Positions 8,278 to 17,687 of a stretch of 64,000 bases of DNA are shown piece by piece. Each line of letters starts with the position of its first letter. Position 1 is the stretch's first letter. A model generated the notes under the pieces. That model was not told the origin of the DNA, ran no database searches, and saw only the letters and a list, made by a program, of their open reading frames with translations. The stretch comes from Verrucomicrobiales bacterium (GTDB taxonomy: Bacteria; Verrucomicrobiota; Verrucomicrobiia; Limisphaerales; Palsa-1400), in the NCBI GenBank assembly GCA_003138485.1, contig PLGF01000173.1, positions 31,281 to 95,280 of the forward strand. Reading direction: 5' to 3'. The translations under genes and the position numbers were made by a program.

Positions 8278-8644
8278 CGATTGCCCCGGGGATTCACTCA
8301 CGCAAAGCCGCTGGAAAGAATTCTGCTGAAAATGAGGACTTCTTTGAGATGGCGCCAAAGAACTTGAACAGGAAAACAAAGCAAACGGAGAAGAAACTCG
8401 AACTGGACAAAGCAGCCGTCAAAGGACATGTGCCGTATATGGAAGGGCGGGTGCTGAAGTTGGGAATGAAGGCCGGGCGGACTGAATGGGAGACAAAATG
8501 GGGAGATGGGGCATTACAGCCGGGTGAGCAAAGCGGTCAGCCGATGGCTCGAAGGCCCGGCCGGAAGCTGGAGAAACTGAAAGAAAAGCTGAAGCACTTG
8601 GATCGGTGAATTTGAATGAAAAATGAAAACGGTCACAATTCCAG

Positions 8645-8760
8645 CCCGAATATTTCACAGCTTGGCAGGGCGAAGCTGCAGCGGAACTGGATAGTCGATG
8701 CCCGCTTTGCGGGCTGCTTCGCCCTGATATTTGGGCGGCGCGGCAGCACCGCCCTACCGA
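8645..8760. repeat. partial inverted copy of the core of the 9170-9316 structured element
   Basis: About 85% identical to the reverse complement of 9195-9292 (ggcagggcRaagMtgcag...ggatagtcgatgcccgctttgcgggctgc...gggcggcgc), but it lacks the terminal inverted repeats. Confidence 0.5.
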
Positions 8761-9054
8761 CAAATTGGAAGCGCCTTTCGCCGCGCTGTGAAATATCCGG
8801 GCTGGGACCCTTTGGCCTTCCCCAAATGGGCCATTACAACAACGCCAGCGGTGGGACCCGGAAAATGAGCCTTGGTGGTCTTCGCCAATTCCGAAAAGCC
8901 GGGTCACAACTACAGCTTTTGGAAAAGAAGGAGATGACAAAATGAACCGGCACCAATTTCCTAGGACTGACCCTATTACGGAGGTTGTGGTTCTGGCGCG
9001 GAGAAGGACGCGGGCTTCATGACCGCTCCGCGCCTTCAATCAATCCGTTTCTGA

Positions 9055-9155
9055 ACACGCCCGGCTCGGCAGAAGCCTCGCCCTGCGGAGGCGTTTATGG
9101 CAGATGGCGAGGCACCCGGCGAGGCGTATGCCTGGCATTGCTCAAAAAATGAGAT
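9055..9155. repeat. MITE-like dispersed repeat copy (same family as 7500-7650)
   Basis: It shares the acgcccggctcggcRgaag and gcgtatgccWggcatWgctcaaaaa modules. Confidence 0.5.
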
Positions 9156-9169
9156 GCGCCCCAGATGGG

Positions 9170-9316
9170 CGTGAGACAGAATTCTTCACGCCGTCGGTAG
9201 GGCGGCGCTGCTGCGCCGCCCAAGAATTCAGGGCAGAGCAGCCCGCAAAGCGGGCATCGACTATCCAGTTCCATCTGCATCTCTGCCCTGCCAGGAAGGT
9301 GAAGAATTCTGTCTCA
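9170..9316. repeat. 147-bp MITE-like or structured element bounded by perfect 19-bp terminal inverted repeats (gtgagacagaattcttcac / gtgaagaattctgtctcac)
   Basis: Internal strong hairpins (gggcggcgc-tgct-gcgccgccc; gcccgc-aaa-gcgggc; gggcagag...ctctgccc). It ends 84 bp upstream of the 9400 giant gene. Confidence 0.6.
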
Positions 9317-9399
9317 CACCCAGACGCCTTAATATACCTTATTTAACTCTTGCATATCACCCTGAATTCCTTATGCTTCGGCCCGGTTAGACTGCCGTT

Positions 9400-12300
9400 A
9401 TGAAAACAATCCTCCCTTCATTCGTCAAACCGGCCCTCCAATTGACCCTCCTCCAACTGGGCCTGCTCTTTTGCCCCGCCCTGCGCGCCGGCGTCGCCTT
9501 CACCGTCACGCCTGCCGCCGTGAGCAACACTTACAGCGGCTTCATCACCCTTCAGGTGACCGGCCTGAGCGCCGGCGATACCGTGGTGGTGCAGAAATAC
9601 CTGGACGTCAATGGCAGCGGCGTCATCGCCTCGAATGACTGGCTGGTGCAACAGTTTCAACTCACCGATGGCCAGCCGGGCATGGTGATCGGCGGCATCG
9701 TCAATTCCAACGTGCCGGGCGACACCGACACGACGCCGGGACAAATCACCACGCCGATGAATTTTCAGAACGGCGATTTCATGCAGAACATTGCCGGGCA
9801 ATATCTCTTCAAGCTGTCCAGCCCGGCCGGGCATTTTACGGCGAAAACGAATCTTTTCAGCATCACCAACGTCCCGTTCGCGCAGAAGCTCACCGGCAAT
9901 GTGCTCATCAGCGGAACCAGTACGCCGGTCCCCAATGCCATTGTCCTCCTTGAAAGAGAAAACGGCCCGGCCCAGGGAGGCGTGCTGGCGGACAATTCCG
10001 GCTCTTACACCATCCCGGCGCCGCCCGGGACTTATACGCTGCTCCCTTTCAAGAGCAACTATGTCTTCAATCAAAGTTCATCGGCTCTGCCGGTCCTTGC
10101 CTTGAGCAGCGGCCAGACCATCACCACGAACCTGACGGTCACCGCCGCCACGGCCAGCATCTCCGGTCAACTGGTCGATTCCAACAATCTCTCCATTGGA
10201 TTGCCGGGCGTTTTTTTGGGGGCCACAGCGTCCAACAGCCTCACGGGGATAGGTTTGACGGACAGCAACGGCAATTTTACCGTCGGCGTCGTCTCCAACC
10301 TCGGCAACTGGTCGTTCAAACTCAAAGGCGAGCGTCTTATTGTCCACGGCTATGTTGGATTGAATGAGAAAGTGAGCGCCGCCGCCGGGCAAACCGATGT
10401 CACCCTCGCCGTGCCCAAGGGCACGGCGATGTTTTATGGCAGTGTGAAAGACAATCTGGGAAGTCCCATGCCCGGCATCGAAGTCGAGTCCTCCGACAAA
10501 AATAACAATTATCAGGGCGACGGCTACACCGACGCAAATGGGAATTACGCCGCCGTCGCGCTGGGCGGCCTGGGCAACGACTCGTGGCAGGTGGGACTCA
10601 GCAGTGACACGAGCCCCGCCGGTTACCTTTTTTCGCAGCCGCTCGTTGACTCGAACGGCGGCACGAACATGAGCACCGGACAGGCGCTGCCGGCGAATTT
10701 CACCGCCCTTCTGGCGACCAATTCCATCTCCGGCTCCCTCAAGGACAATAACGGCAACCCCATCCCCGGCATCGGCGTTTACGGCAACGACCTCAGCGAC
10801 ACCAATTATCAGGCCTACGTCGATACCGACACCAATGGCAATTATTCGTTGAGCGTGGGCAATGGCACTTGGAAGGTCGGCATCAACTCCTGCAACGGTT
10901 GCGGGGGCGACAGTTTGCCCGGCAACTATCTGCCCCCCCCAAATCAAACGTTTACGATTTCCAACGACAACGCGACGGCCGATTTCATCGCGCAACTCTG
11001 CGGCACGATCATCATCACCACCACTTCACTGCCCGCCGGCGAAATTAATGAGTATTACGATCAGTTTGGCCAGGCTTCCAGTTGCAGTTCCACCTTCACC
11101 TGGTCGATCATCTCCGGTTCACTGCCGCCGGGTTTGAGCGGGAACCCTTTCACCGGCGAAATCTCCGGCACACCCACCAATTCCGGAGTTTACCCTTTCA
11201 TCATCCAGGTCGTTGACGGCAACGGCCTGGCAGCCATTCAAGCACTGACCCTGACCGTCAACGGCGGCCCGTTGAGTGTGACGACGGCTTCACTCACCAG
11301 CGGCACAACCAACGTGCCCTATAACAGCCAGCAGTTGACCGCCAGCGGCGGCCAGCCGCCTTACCGTTGGTCCCTGGCATCGGGGGGGCTGCCGTCCGGC
11401 TTGGGCTTGTCCACCAACGGCGTGATTAGCGGGACGCCGACAAGGGCTGGGACTACCAACTTCGTCGTGAAAGTCACCGACAGCGCCTCGGCAACAGCGA
11501 CGCAGCCCCTGTCGCTGGCCGTCTATGCGCTTTCCACTTCCGTGACGTTTTCTGTTTCGACTGGCGCCGTCAGCAACTCTTATTCCGGGCTTATTACGCT
11601 GCAAGTGGCGGGGTTGAACATCGGTGAGACCGTGCAGGTGGAGAAGTTTCTCGACGTCAATGGGGACGGCGCGGTGGATGCCGGGGATTCGCTGATGCGG
11701 AGTTTCCCCCTGACCGACGGCCAGGCCAGTGTGATCGGCGGGGTCACCAACGTCAACGTCCCCGGTGATACCACTCCGGCCGATGGCTCCATCACCGCTC
11801 AGCTCAGCATCGCCAACGACGTGGCTCAGGAGATCGTCGGCCAGTACATCTTCAGGCTCACCAGCCCAACCGGCCGCTTTGCGCCGATGACGGCCCTGTT
11901 TGATGTGACCAATGCCGCCTACGCGCAATCGTTTTCCGGGTCGGTTCAATGCGGCGGCGTCAACGTCCCTTACGCGACCGTGTTGGTCGTCCCTGCCAAT
12001 AGCACGAGCCGCACCCCCGTGGCCGGCGTGCTGGCGAACAGCGCCGGCAACTACTCCATCAAACTGCCGCCCGGCCCTTACAGTTTCTACGTCTTCAAGA
12101 GCAACTATGTCGCCAACCTGGCCCAGTCGCCGACGCTCACGTTGAGCAATGGGGCGGACGTCACCACGAATCTCACTTTCCTGGTTCCCGCCACCCAAAC
12201 CATCTCCGGTCGATTTGTCGATGCAGCCTACCCCGGCGTCGGATTGCCGGCCATATACGTCATCTGCCAATCCACCAATAGCCTCATGGCCGGAGCCTGT

Positions 12301-14121
12301 TTGACCGACACCAACGGGAACTTCACCATGCCGGTCACCCCAAGTCAGTGGGGAGTCTCCCTGGACGAATCAGGTCTGACAGCCAGCGGCTACCTTGTTC
12401 CACAGAGCAGCACGACCGTTCAAACGGCCTCCGGGAGCGTCTCCAATGTTATTGTCACAGTGGCCAAGGGCACGGCGCTGTTCTATGGAAGCGTCAAGGA
12501 TAGCTTCGGAAATCCATTGCCGTCAATTGAGGTTGAATCCCGGGACAACAACAACTTGTATGGAGGCGATGCCTATACGGACACGAACGGAAACTACGTC
12601 GTCGTCGCCCTGGGCGGATTGAGCTTCGACCCGTGGCAGGTTGAAATCAGCAGCGACCACAGTCCCGCCGACTACCTTTATCAGGGGCCGGGCTTTGATT
12701 CAAACGGCGGCGCCAACCTCGGCTCCGGCCAGGCATTGCCGGGGGATTTCTCGGCCCTTCTGGCGACCAACACCATCTCCGGCTATCTAAAGGACAACAC
12801 CGGCAAACCCATCGCCGGCGTCGGAGTTTACGCCTACGCAACGATCTCCGAAGTGTACTACCAACTGGAAGCCGTGGATACCGGCGCCAATGGGTATTAT
12901 TCGCTGGACGTAGCCAGCGGCTCGTGGTCGGTCGGCCTCATTGGGAGCGGCTACAACGATAGTCTGCCCACAAACTATCTCAGCCCTCAATATCAGACAG
13001 TTGTAATTTCCAGCGACAATGGCACGGCGAATTTCACCGCCCCTGTTGCGACCCAGTTGATCACTGGCTTCGTGCAGGACAGCCACGGAAACCCCGTCAC
13101 CGGAGTCGGGGTGTACGCCAACGACGTTAGCGACACCAATTATGGCGCTTATGCGGACACCGACGGCAACGGCAACTACTCGCTGAACGTGATTGCCGGC
13201 AGTTGGTCCGTTGGCGTCAACTGCTCCGGCGGCAACGACAGCCTGGACAACATTCTTGGCAGGGGCAATTATGAGTGTCCAACCAACGAGAATGTCACTA
13301 TTACCAATGAAACCGGCACCGCGAATTTCACCGTTGAGCCTCCCGTGCCGCTGCAAATAACGACTACCAATCTGCCCGCTGGCAGCGTCGGCATCTTCTA
13401 CGAGTTTCAACTCCAAGCCACTGGCGGGCACCCTCCGTACCAGTGGGGTTGGACCACACCGGATGGCAACCCTCCGCCCGGCTTGAATTTGACCTTTTCC
13501 AATGGGGTTCTATCCGGCTATCCCAGCGCCAGTGGGACCTTTGTATTCTCGGTGCAGGCCTACGATAATTATACCTCTCAGGATTCGACGAATCAATGGA
13601 TATCGGTTTACATCGCGCCATCCGCTCCCCCGTTGCAGGTCACGACCACGTCTTTGCCCAATGCGACCAATGGCGTTTATTACAGCCAGCAACTACAGTG
13701 CTCTGGCGGTGTCGCGCCCTATTATTGGACCAACAGTCCCGGCTCGGCCAGTCTGCCGCCCAATTTGACTCTGGCCACCAATGGCATCATCTCCGGCACG
13801 CCGACGGGCAGCGGAACGTATTACTTCTACGTCCGCGCCATAGATTCGACGGCGGCGACGGCGGATCACCTTCTGTCGCTCACAATCACCAACAAGCCGG
13901 TCATCACCCTCACGGGAGCGACCCGGCTGACCAATGGGGAGTTTCAGTTCAAATTCAACACCTCTGCGGGCGCCACTTATGCGATTCAATCCTCCAGCAA
14001 CTTGTTGAATTGGAGCCTGCTCCTGGACCTCAGCGGCTCCGGCGTGCCGCTGACGGTGATGGACCCCGGCGCCACGACCAACCGCCGCCAGTTTTATCGC
14101 GTGGAGGTCCTGCCACCCTAG
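9400..14121 (+). CDS. giant secreted cell-surface repeat protein (He_PIG / putative Ig domains, CarboxypepD_reg-like beta-sandwich repeats) with the conserved RFYRV-type C-terminal domain
   Basis: The 1573-aa ORF has an N-terminal signal peptide. It is an internal duplication of a ~700-aa super-module (the FTVTPAAVSNTYSGFITLQVTGL block recurs near aa 710). Repeated TTTSLPxGxxGxxYxxQLxAxGGxxPYxWS Ig-like units are present. The C-terminal 75 aa match the CTD shared with three other proteins in the window. Confidence 0.8.
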   Translation: MKTILPSFVKPALQLTLLQLGLLFCPALRAGVAFTVTPAAVSNTYSGFITLQVTGLSAGDTVVVQKYLDVNGSGVIASNDWLVQQFQLTDGQPGMVIGGIVNSNVPGDTDTTPGQITTPMNFQNGDFMQNIAGQYLFKLSSPAGHFTAKTNLFSITNVPFAQKLTGNVLISGTSTPVPNAIVLLERENGPAQGGVLADNSGSYTIPAPPGTYTLLPFKSNYVFNQSSSALPVLALSSGQTITTNLTVTAATASISGQLVDSNNLSIGLPGVFLGATASNSLTGIGLTDSNGNFTVGVVSNLGNWSFKLKGERLIVHGYVGLNEKVSAAAGQTDVTLAVPKGTAMFYGSVKDNLGSPMPGIEVESSDKNNNYQGDGYTDANGNYAAVALGGLGNDSWQVGLSSDTSPAGYLFSQPLVDSNGGTNMSTGQALPANFTALLATNSISGSLKDNNGNPIPGIGVYGNDLSDTNYQAYVDTDTNGNYSLSVGNGTWKVGINSCNGCGGDSLPGNYLPPPNQTFTISNDNATADFIAQLCGTIIITTTSLPAGEINEYYDQFGQASSCSSTFTWSIISGSLPPGLSGNPFTGEISGTPTNSGVYPFIIQVVDGNGLAAIQALTLTVNGGPLSVTTASLTSGTTNVPYNSQQLTASGGQPPYRWSLASGGLPSGLGLSTNGVISGTPTRAGTTNFVVKVTDSASATATQPLSLAVYALSTSVTFSVSTGAVSNSYSGLITLQVAGLNIGETVQVEKFLDVNGDGAVDAGDSLMRSFPLTDGQASVIGGVTNVNVPGDTTPADGSITAQLSIANDVAQEIVGQYIFRLTSPTGRFAPMTALFDVTNAAYAQSFSGSVQCGGVNVPYATVLVVPANSTSRTPVAGVLANSAGNYSIKLPPGPYSFYVFKSNYVANLAQSPTLTLSNGADVTTNLTFLVPATQTISGRFVDAAYPGVGLPAIYVICQSTNSLMAGACLTDTNGNFTMPVTPSQWGVSLDESGLTASGYLVPQSSTTVQTASGSVSNVIVTVAKGTALFYGSVKDSFGNPLPSIEVESRDNNNLYGGDAYTDTNGNYVVVALGGLSFDPWQVEISSDHSPADYLYQGPGFDSNGGANLGSGQALPGDFSALLATNTISGYLKDNTGKPIAGVGVYAYATISEVYYQLEAVDTGANGYYSLDVASGSWSVGLIGSGYNDSLPTNYLSPQYQTVVISSDNGTANFTAPVATQLITGFVQDSHGNPVTGVGVYANDVSDTNYGAYADTDGNGNYSLNVIAGSWSVGVNCSGGNDSLDNILGRGNYECPTNENVTITNETGTANFTVEPPVPLQITTTNLPAGSVGIFYEFQLQATGGHPPYQWGWTTPDGNPPPGLNLTFSNGVLSGYPSASGTFVFSVQAYDNYTSQDSTNQWISVYIAPSAPPLQVTTTSLPNATNGVYYSQQLQCSGGVAPYYWTNSPGSASLPPNLTLATNGIISGTPTGSGTYYFYVRAIDSTAATADHLLSLTITNKPVITLTGATRLTNGEFQFKFNTSAGATYAIQSSSNLLNWSLLLDLSGSGVPLTVMDPGATTNRRQFYRVEVLPP

Positions 14122-14161
14122 AACCTCCAAATGGGTTGGAACAAGAAAGGCTCGTCAACCG

Positions 14162-15316
14162 ATGAAAATGCGCATCTGGCGGTTGTTCGGCAAGCCGGCC
14201 TCGGCCTCCCTTCGTGCAGGTTCTGCACGATGTTACCTGGCAGCCGGGTTGCTTATGCTGACAGGGTTGACGGCTTGGAATGCGCAGTCCCAGCCGATTG
14301 ATGTTACCACCAGCCAATACACCGGAGATTTATGGTTGGAGTTTGTCAGCCCCCGCAGTGAGATTTGGTCAAATCAGGTTCCGTCCTCTCCGCCCTTCGC
14401 CAGCACGATTGAGGAGACATCAACTTGGGCCAGGTCCGACTACCCTGGCGTGAATTGCACCACTTATGGGCTTGTAAGCCAAGATTGCCAGATCTCTTCC
14501 GACAGCATTACGATCTCATGCTCTTATTACGATTCAGCGGGAGGGCCGGAGGAACCCTGGATAGGGTGGATGGCAGCCCAGGTGTGGCCGTCGTCTGGCG
14601 CCACGTTAACTTTCTCCTTGACTGAACCTTGCGCTTACACGGCGTCGGTTCAGATGTCTGCCGCCTGCCCTGGCGGCACCACAGCCGATACGGGCGCGCT
14701 GTTCCAATACTCTGCAAGCTCAACGTTTGGAAGCTACATGGAAGCTACTTCACATTTTCCTTCGTTATCGGCCACGATGACAACCAACGGATACCTTGCC
14801 ACCGGCGGTTATATAATTTCTTGTGACTGTAACGGCGATAACGCGATTCTTCTTGGACTTGGTGAAATGACGGCGAGGGCAAGCGCCATTGTATCGGTTT
14901 CTTTCGTTCCCCTCCCGGCCCTTGCCATCACCACTCCCAGCCCACTGCCGAACGGGACAGTGAGCGTGCCCTACAATCAAACTCTTGCCGCAACAGGAGG
15001 GGCGCCGCCGTACGCGTGGTCCATCGTTTCAGGCAGTTTGCCCGACGGGTTGAGCTTGGACGCGAACAGCGGCGCCATCACCCGCACGCCCACGAGTGCG
15101 ACGACAGCCACCTTCACAGTGCAGGTGACGGACAGGATCGGGACGACCGCAACCCAGCAGTTCACCCTGTCCGTCGTCGCACCGCTTGTCATTACCACGG
15201 CTAATCCGTTGCCGGACGGAACAGTGGGTGTGTCCTATGGCGTGACGCTGGAGGCGACCGGGGCTCAGGCAATTACACATGGGACATCGTCTCGGGCAGT
15301 TTGCCAGATGGGTTAG
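14162..15316 (+). CDS. secreted He_PIG (putative Ig) repeat surface protein, 5' portion of a gene interrupted by a frameshift
   Basis: Signal peptide, then Ig-like repeats (PLPNGTVSVPYNQTLAATGGAPPYAWSIVSGSLPDGLSLD). The reading frame runs into the downstream ORF after a 1-nt change in the G4 run at 15260-15263. Confidence 0.65.
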   Translation: MKMRIWRLFGKPASASLRAGSARCYLAAGLLMLTGLTAWNAQSQPIDVTTSQYTGDLWLEFVSPRSEIWSNQVPSSPPFASTIEETSTWARSDYPGVNCTTYGLVSQDCQISSDSITISCSYYDSAGGPEEPWIGWMAAQVWPSSGATLTFSLTEPCAYTASVQMSAACPGGTTADTGALFQYSASSTFGSYMEATSHFPSLSATMTTNGYLATGGYIISCDCNGDNAILLGLGEMTARASAIVSVSFVPLPALAITTPSPLPNGTVSVPYNQTLAATGGAPPYAWSIVSGSLPDGLSLDANSGAITRTPTSATTATFTVQVTDRIGTTATQQFTLSVVAPLVITTANPLPDGTVGVSYGVTLEATGAQAITHGTSSRAVCQMG

Positions 15317-16953
15317 GGTTCGACACCCGCAGCGGCGCCATCGGTGGCATGCCGACCGCCGCCACAACCAATAGCATTGAGGTGGAGGTGAGAGACGACA
15401 ACGGAGTTACAACGAACAAAACCTTCACCCTAACGATCACGAATTCATTCGTCACCATTGTCACCCCCAGTCCGTTGCCGGACGGAACCGTGGGCGTGGG
15501 TTACAGCCATCCATTGGAAGCCACGGGCGGCACAGGCAATTACGCGTGGACGATTGCAGGATTGCCGGACGGTTTGCTCCCGGATTCCAGCGGAGACATT
15601 ACCGGCATTCCAACCACGGCTGGGATTTTCAACTTTGTCGCCCAAGTAACCGACATGGTGACGGGCGCCTCCGCCAGCAATTTGTTCAGCCTGACCATCA
15701 GTAACGTGCTCGGCACCTGCACTTGGACGATCACAACCTCGGTCAAACCGTCCGGCTCCGGCAACGGAGGCAGCCCCCTTGTCCTGGCCGTGAACTGCGG
15801 AGAGAGCGTGACGGTGACGGCGCGGCCAAGAACCTGTTACTATTTCGTCAACTGGACGGAAGGCGGGAGCGTCGTCAGCGCCTCGTCAAGTTACTCCTTC
15901 ACCGCGACGGCGAATCGGAACCTGGTGGCCAATTTCACGGAAAACCTCTACACAATCAGCACGAGCCATTCACCCGCCTCTGGCGGCGCCACCGGCGGCG
16001 GCGGAACAAATGCAGGGTGCGGGAGCAGAGTGATGGTGACCGCCACGGCCAACAGCGGCTTTGCGTTTGCCAACTGGACTGAGGGTGGGCTGGTGGTAAG
16101 CGCCGCGTCAAACTACACGTTCACTGTCTCGGCCAATCGGACCTTGGTGGCCAATTTCAACGATATTCAGCCGCCCTCCCTCGTCATAACCTCACCGCTG
16201 CCAGTCCAGATGTGGGGTTCGCTGGGCACGGCGAACTTGGCCGCCGCCGGGACGGCGACTGACAACGTTGCCGTGGCGTCGGTGTGGTATCAGTTCAACG
16301 GCGGGGCTTGGACGGAGGCCAACGGCACAACCAATTGGACCACGGGCAACCTGAACCCGGCTTCCGGCACCAATCTCCTCTTGGCGTGCGCGGTGGACAC
16401 CAGCGGCAACGGGTCGGCGACCAACAGCGTGGCTTTCGTCTATGTGTGGGTCGCGCCGTTACAGGCGCCACCCACCGTTTTGCCCAGCGCGACGCAGAAC
16501 GTTTCTTACAGCACCCCACTCCAAGGAATCGGAGGGCAACCGCCATACACCTGGTCGCTGGCGCTTGGGTCGGCCGCCTTGCCGCCCGGTTTGTCTTTTG
16601 CGACCAATGGCATCCTATCGGGCTTTCCAAGCACGGCCGGCACAAGCTCCTTCATCGTGAGCGTGACCGATGCGGCGGATACGACCACAAACCAAGTGAT
16701 GACACTCACGGTCAATGCTTCGACCAACCCGCCCGTCGTGGTGTTGACCGCTGCATCGTGTTCCAGCAGTGGGCAGGTCCAATTCAGCTTCAATACAACG
16801 GTGGGCTTGAACTACACCGTTCAACGCTCGACGGACCTGGAAACCTGGACTTCCCTCCTGACGTTGAGCGGTTCCGGCGGGCCTCAGACCGTCATGGATT
16901 CCAACGCCGCCGGAGCAAGCCATCGCTTTTATCGCGTGCAAATCGGGCAGTAG
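15301..16953 (+). CDS. 3' portion of the same surface protein (He_PIG repeats, two InlB-B/Listeria-Bacteroides-type repeats, conserved C-terminal RFYRV domain)
   Basis: The repeat unit continues seamlessly from the upstream ORF if one G is added (expected ...EATGGSGNYTWDIVSGSLPDGLGFD). CYYFVNWTEGGSVVSASSSYSFTATANRNLVANF occurs twice. The C-terminus is ...QFSFNTTVGLNYTVQRSTDLETWTSLLTLSGSG...HRFYRVQIGQ. Confidence 0.65.
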   Translation: MPDGLGFDTRSGAIGGMPTAATTNSIEVEVRDDNGVTTNKTFTLTITNSFVTIVTPSPLPDGTVGVGYSHPLEATGGTGNYAWTIAGLPDGLLPDSSGDITGIPTTAGIFNFVAQVTDMVTGASASNLFSLTISNVLGTCTWTITTSVKPSGSGNGGSPLVLAVNCGESVTVTARPRTCYYFVNWTEGGSVVSASSSYSFTATANRNLVANFTENLYTISTSHSPASGGATGGGGTNAGCGSRVMVTATANSGFAFANWTEGGLVVSAASNYTFTVSANRTLVANFNDIQPPSLVITSPLPVQMWGSLGTANLAAAGTATDNVAVASVWYQFNGGAWTEANGTTNWTTGNLNPASGTNLLLACAVDTSGNGSATNSVAFVYVWVAPLQAPPTVLPSATQNVSYSTPLQGIGGQPPYTWSLALGSAALPPGLSFATNGILSGFPSTAGTSSFIVSVTDAADTTTNQVMTLTVNASTNPPVVVLTAASCSSSGQVQFSFNTTVGLNYTVQRSTDLETWTSLLTLSGSGGPQTVMDSNAAGASHRFYRVQIGQ

Positions 16954-17111
16954 TCTCTCTAAAGGAAAAGCGAAAAGTGCATATATCAAGGATTGATGCC
17001 TGCCCGGACCGTATCCCTTGAACTTTATTTGCATTTTTAACATGTCTTGAATCCGCAGATGACAAGAATTGGAATTGACGCGTGGCTAAACTGGACTAGA
17101 TTACGCTCGTC

Positions 17112-17678
17112 TTGATGAACACCGCTCAAAGTTGCGATTTTAAAGCACACCGCCCGCGCCGGAACCTTCCAGCGGGAGTTTCCCGCAAGCGCGGGGAATC
17201 CAATTTTGTGTCGGCGTTTTCCAAAGCCTATATCGCAACGGTTGGGCCGCACGGAATCGGCGGGAGTGAGTTTGCGATTTCCAACTTTGGCATTGCGGAC
17301 TTTGTCTGGCTCCACTGGCAGCGTGACGATCAGGACGGCACCGCACTTTCCATCGAGAAAATCAAGTCACAACTCGCCAGGCTAAAATTGACCGCGTTTG
17401 AAATGAAGTTGAGCGATTGGCGCAAGGGGCTCGCCCAAGCTTATCGTTACGGCTACTTTTCCGACCTGGCAATTGTTGTTTTGCCGCCTGAGGCTGCAAA
17501 ACTGGCGCGGGCCGAATTGACGTTGTTCCGCAAACTAAGCGTCGGTCTGTGGAGCTTCCAGCGGGCAACTGGCCGAATTCGCCGGCATTTCACACCTCGC
17601 GCTTCCAAGCCCCGAAATGCAAAAGCCAGGGAAAAGGCGCTTGATCTACTTGGCGCCGCCCTCAAGCTCGGGCAGTAG
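17112..17678 (+). CDS. hypothetical protein with a PD-(D/E)XK-like motif; candidate restriction endonuclease partner of the adjacent C5-methyltransferase
   Basis: 188-aa ORF in the low-GC insert. It has a hydrophobic-D ... (17 aa) ... S-I-E-K-I-K arrangement (GIADFVWLHW...ALSIEKIK) compatible with a PD-(D/E)XK nuclease core. It lies immediately upstream of, and on the same strand as, the MTase. No family-level match could be made by eye. Confidence 0.35.
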   Translation: MMNTAQSCDFKAHRPRRNLPAGVSRKRGESNFVSAFSKAYIATVGPHGIGGSEFAISNFGIADFVWLHWQRDDQDGTALSIEKIKSQLARLKLTAFEMKLSDWRKGLAQAYRYGYFSDLAIVVLPPEAAKLARAELTLFRKLSVGLWSFQRATGRIRRHFTPRASKPRNAKAREKALDLLGAALKLGQ

Positions 17679-17687
17679 TCTCTCCAA

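Noticed and set aside
8616-8945. 109-aa ORF in the repeat region
   Set aside because: It overlaps the partial MITE copy (8645-8760). It has no start context and no recognisable motifs.
9400-14121. PEP-CTERM / LPXTG / GlyGly-CTERM / T9SS-CTD sorting signals on the giant proteins
   Set aside because: None of these is present. There is no PEP motif followed by TM plus basic residues and no LPXTG. The proteins end 2-4 aa after RFYRV, unlike T9SS CTDs, which continue for ~15-20 aa. The shared tail is therefore reported as a possibly undescribed domain, not assigned to a known class.
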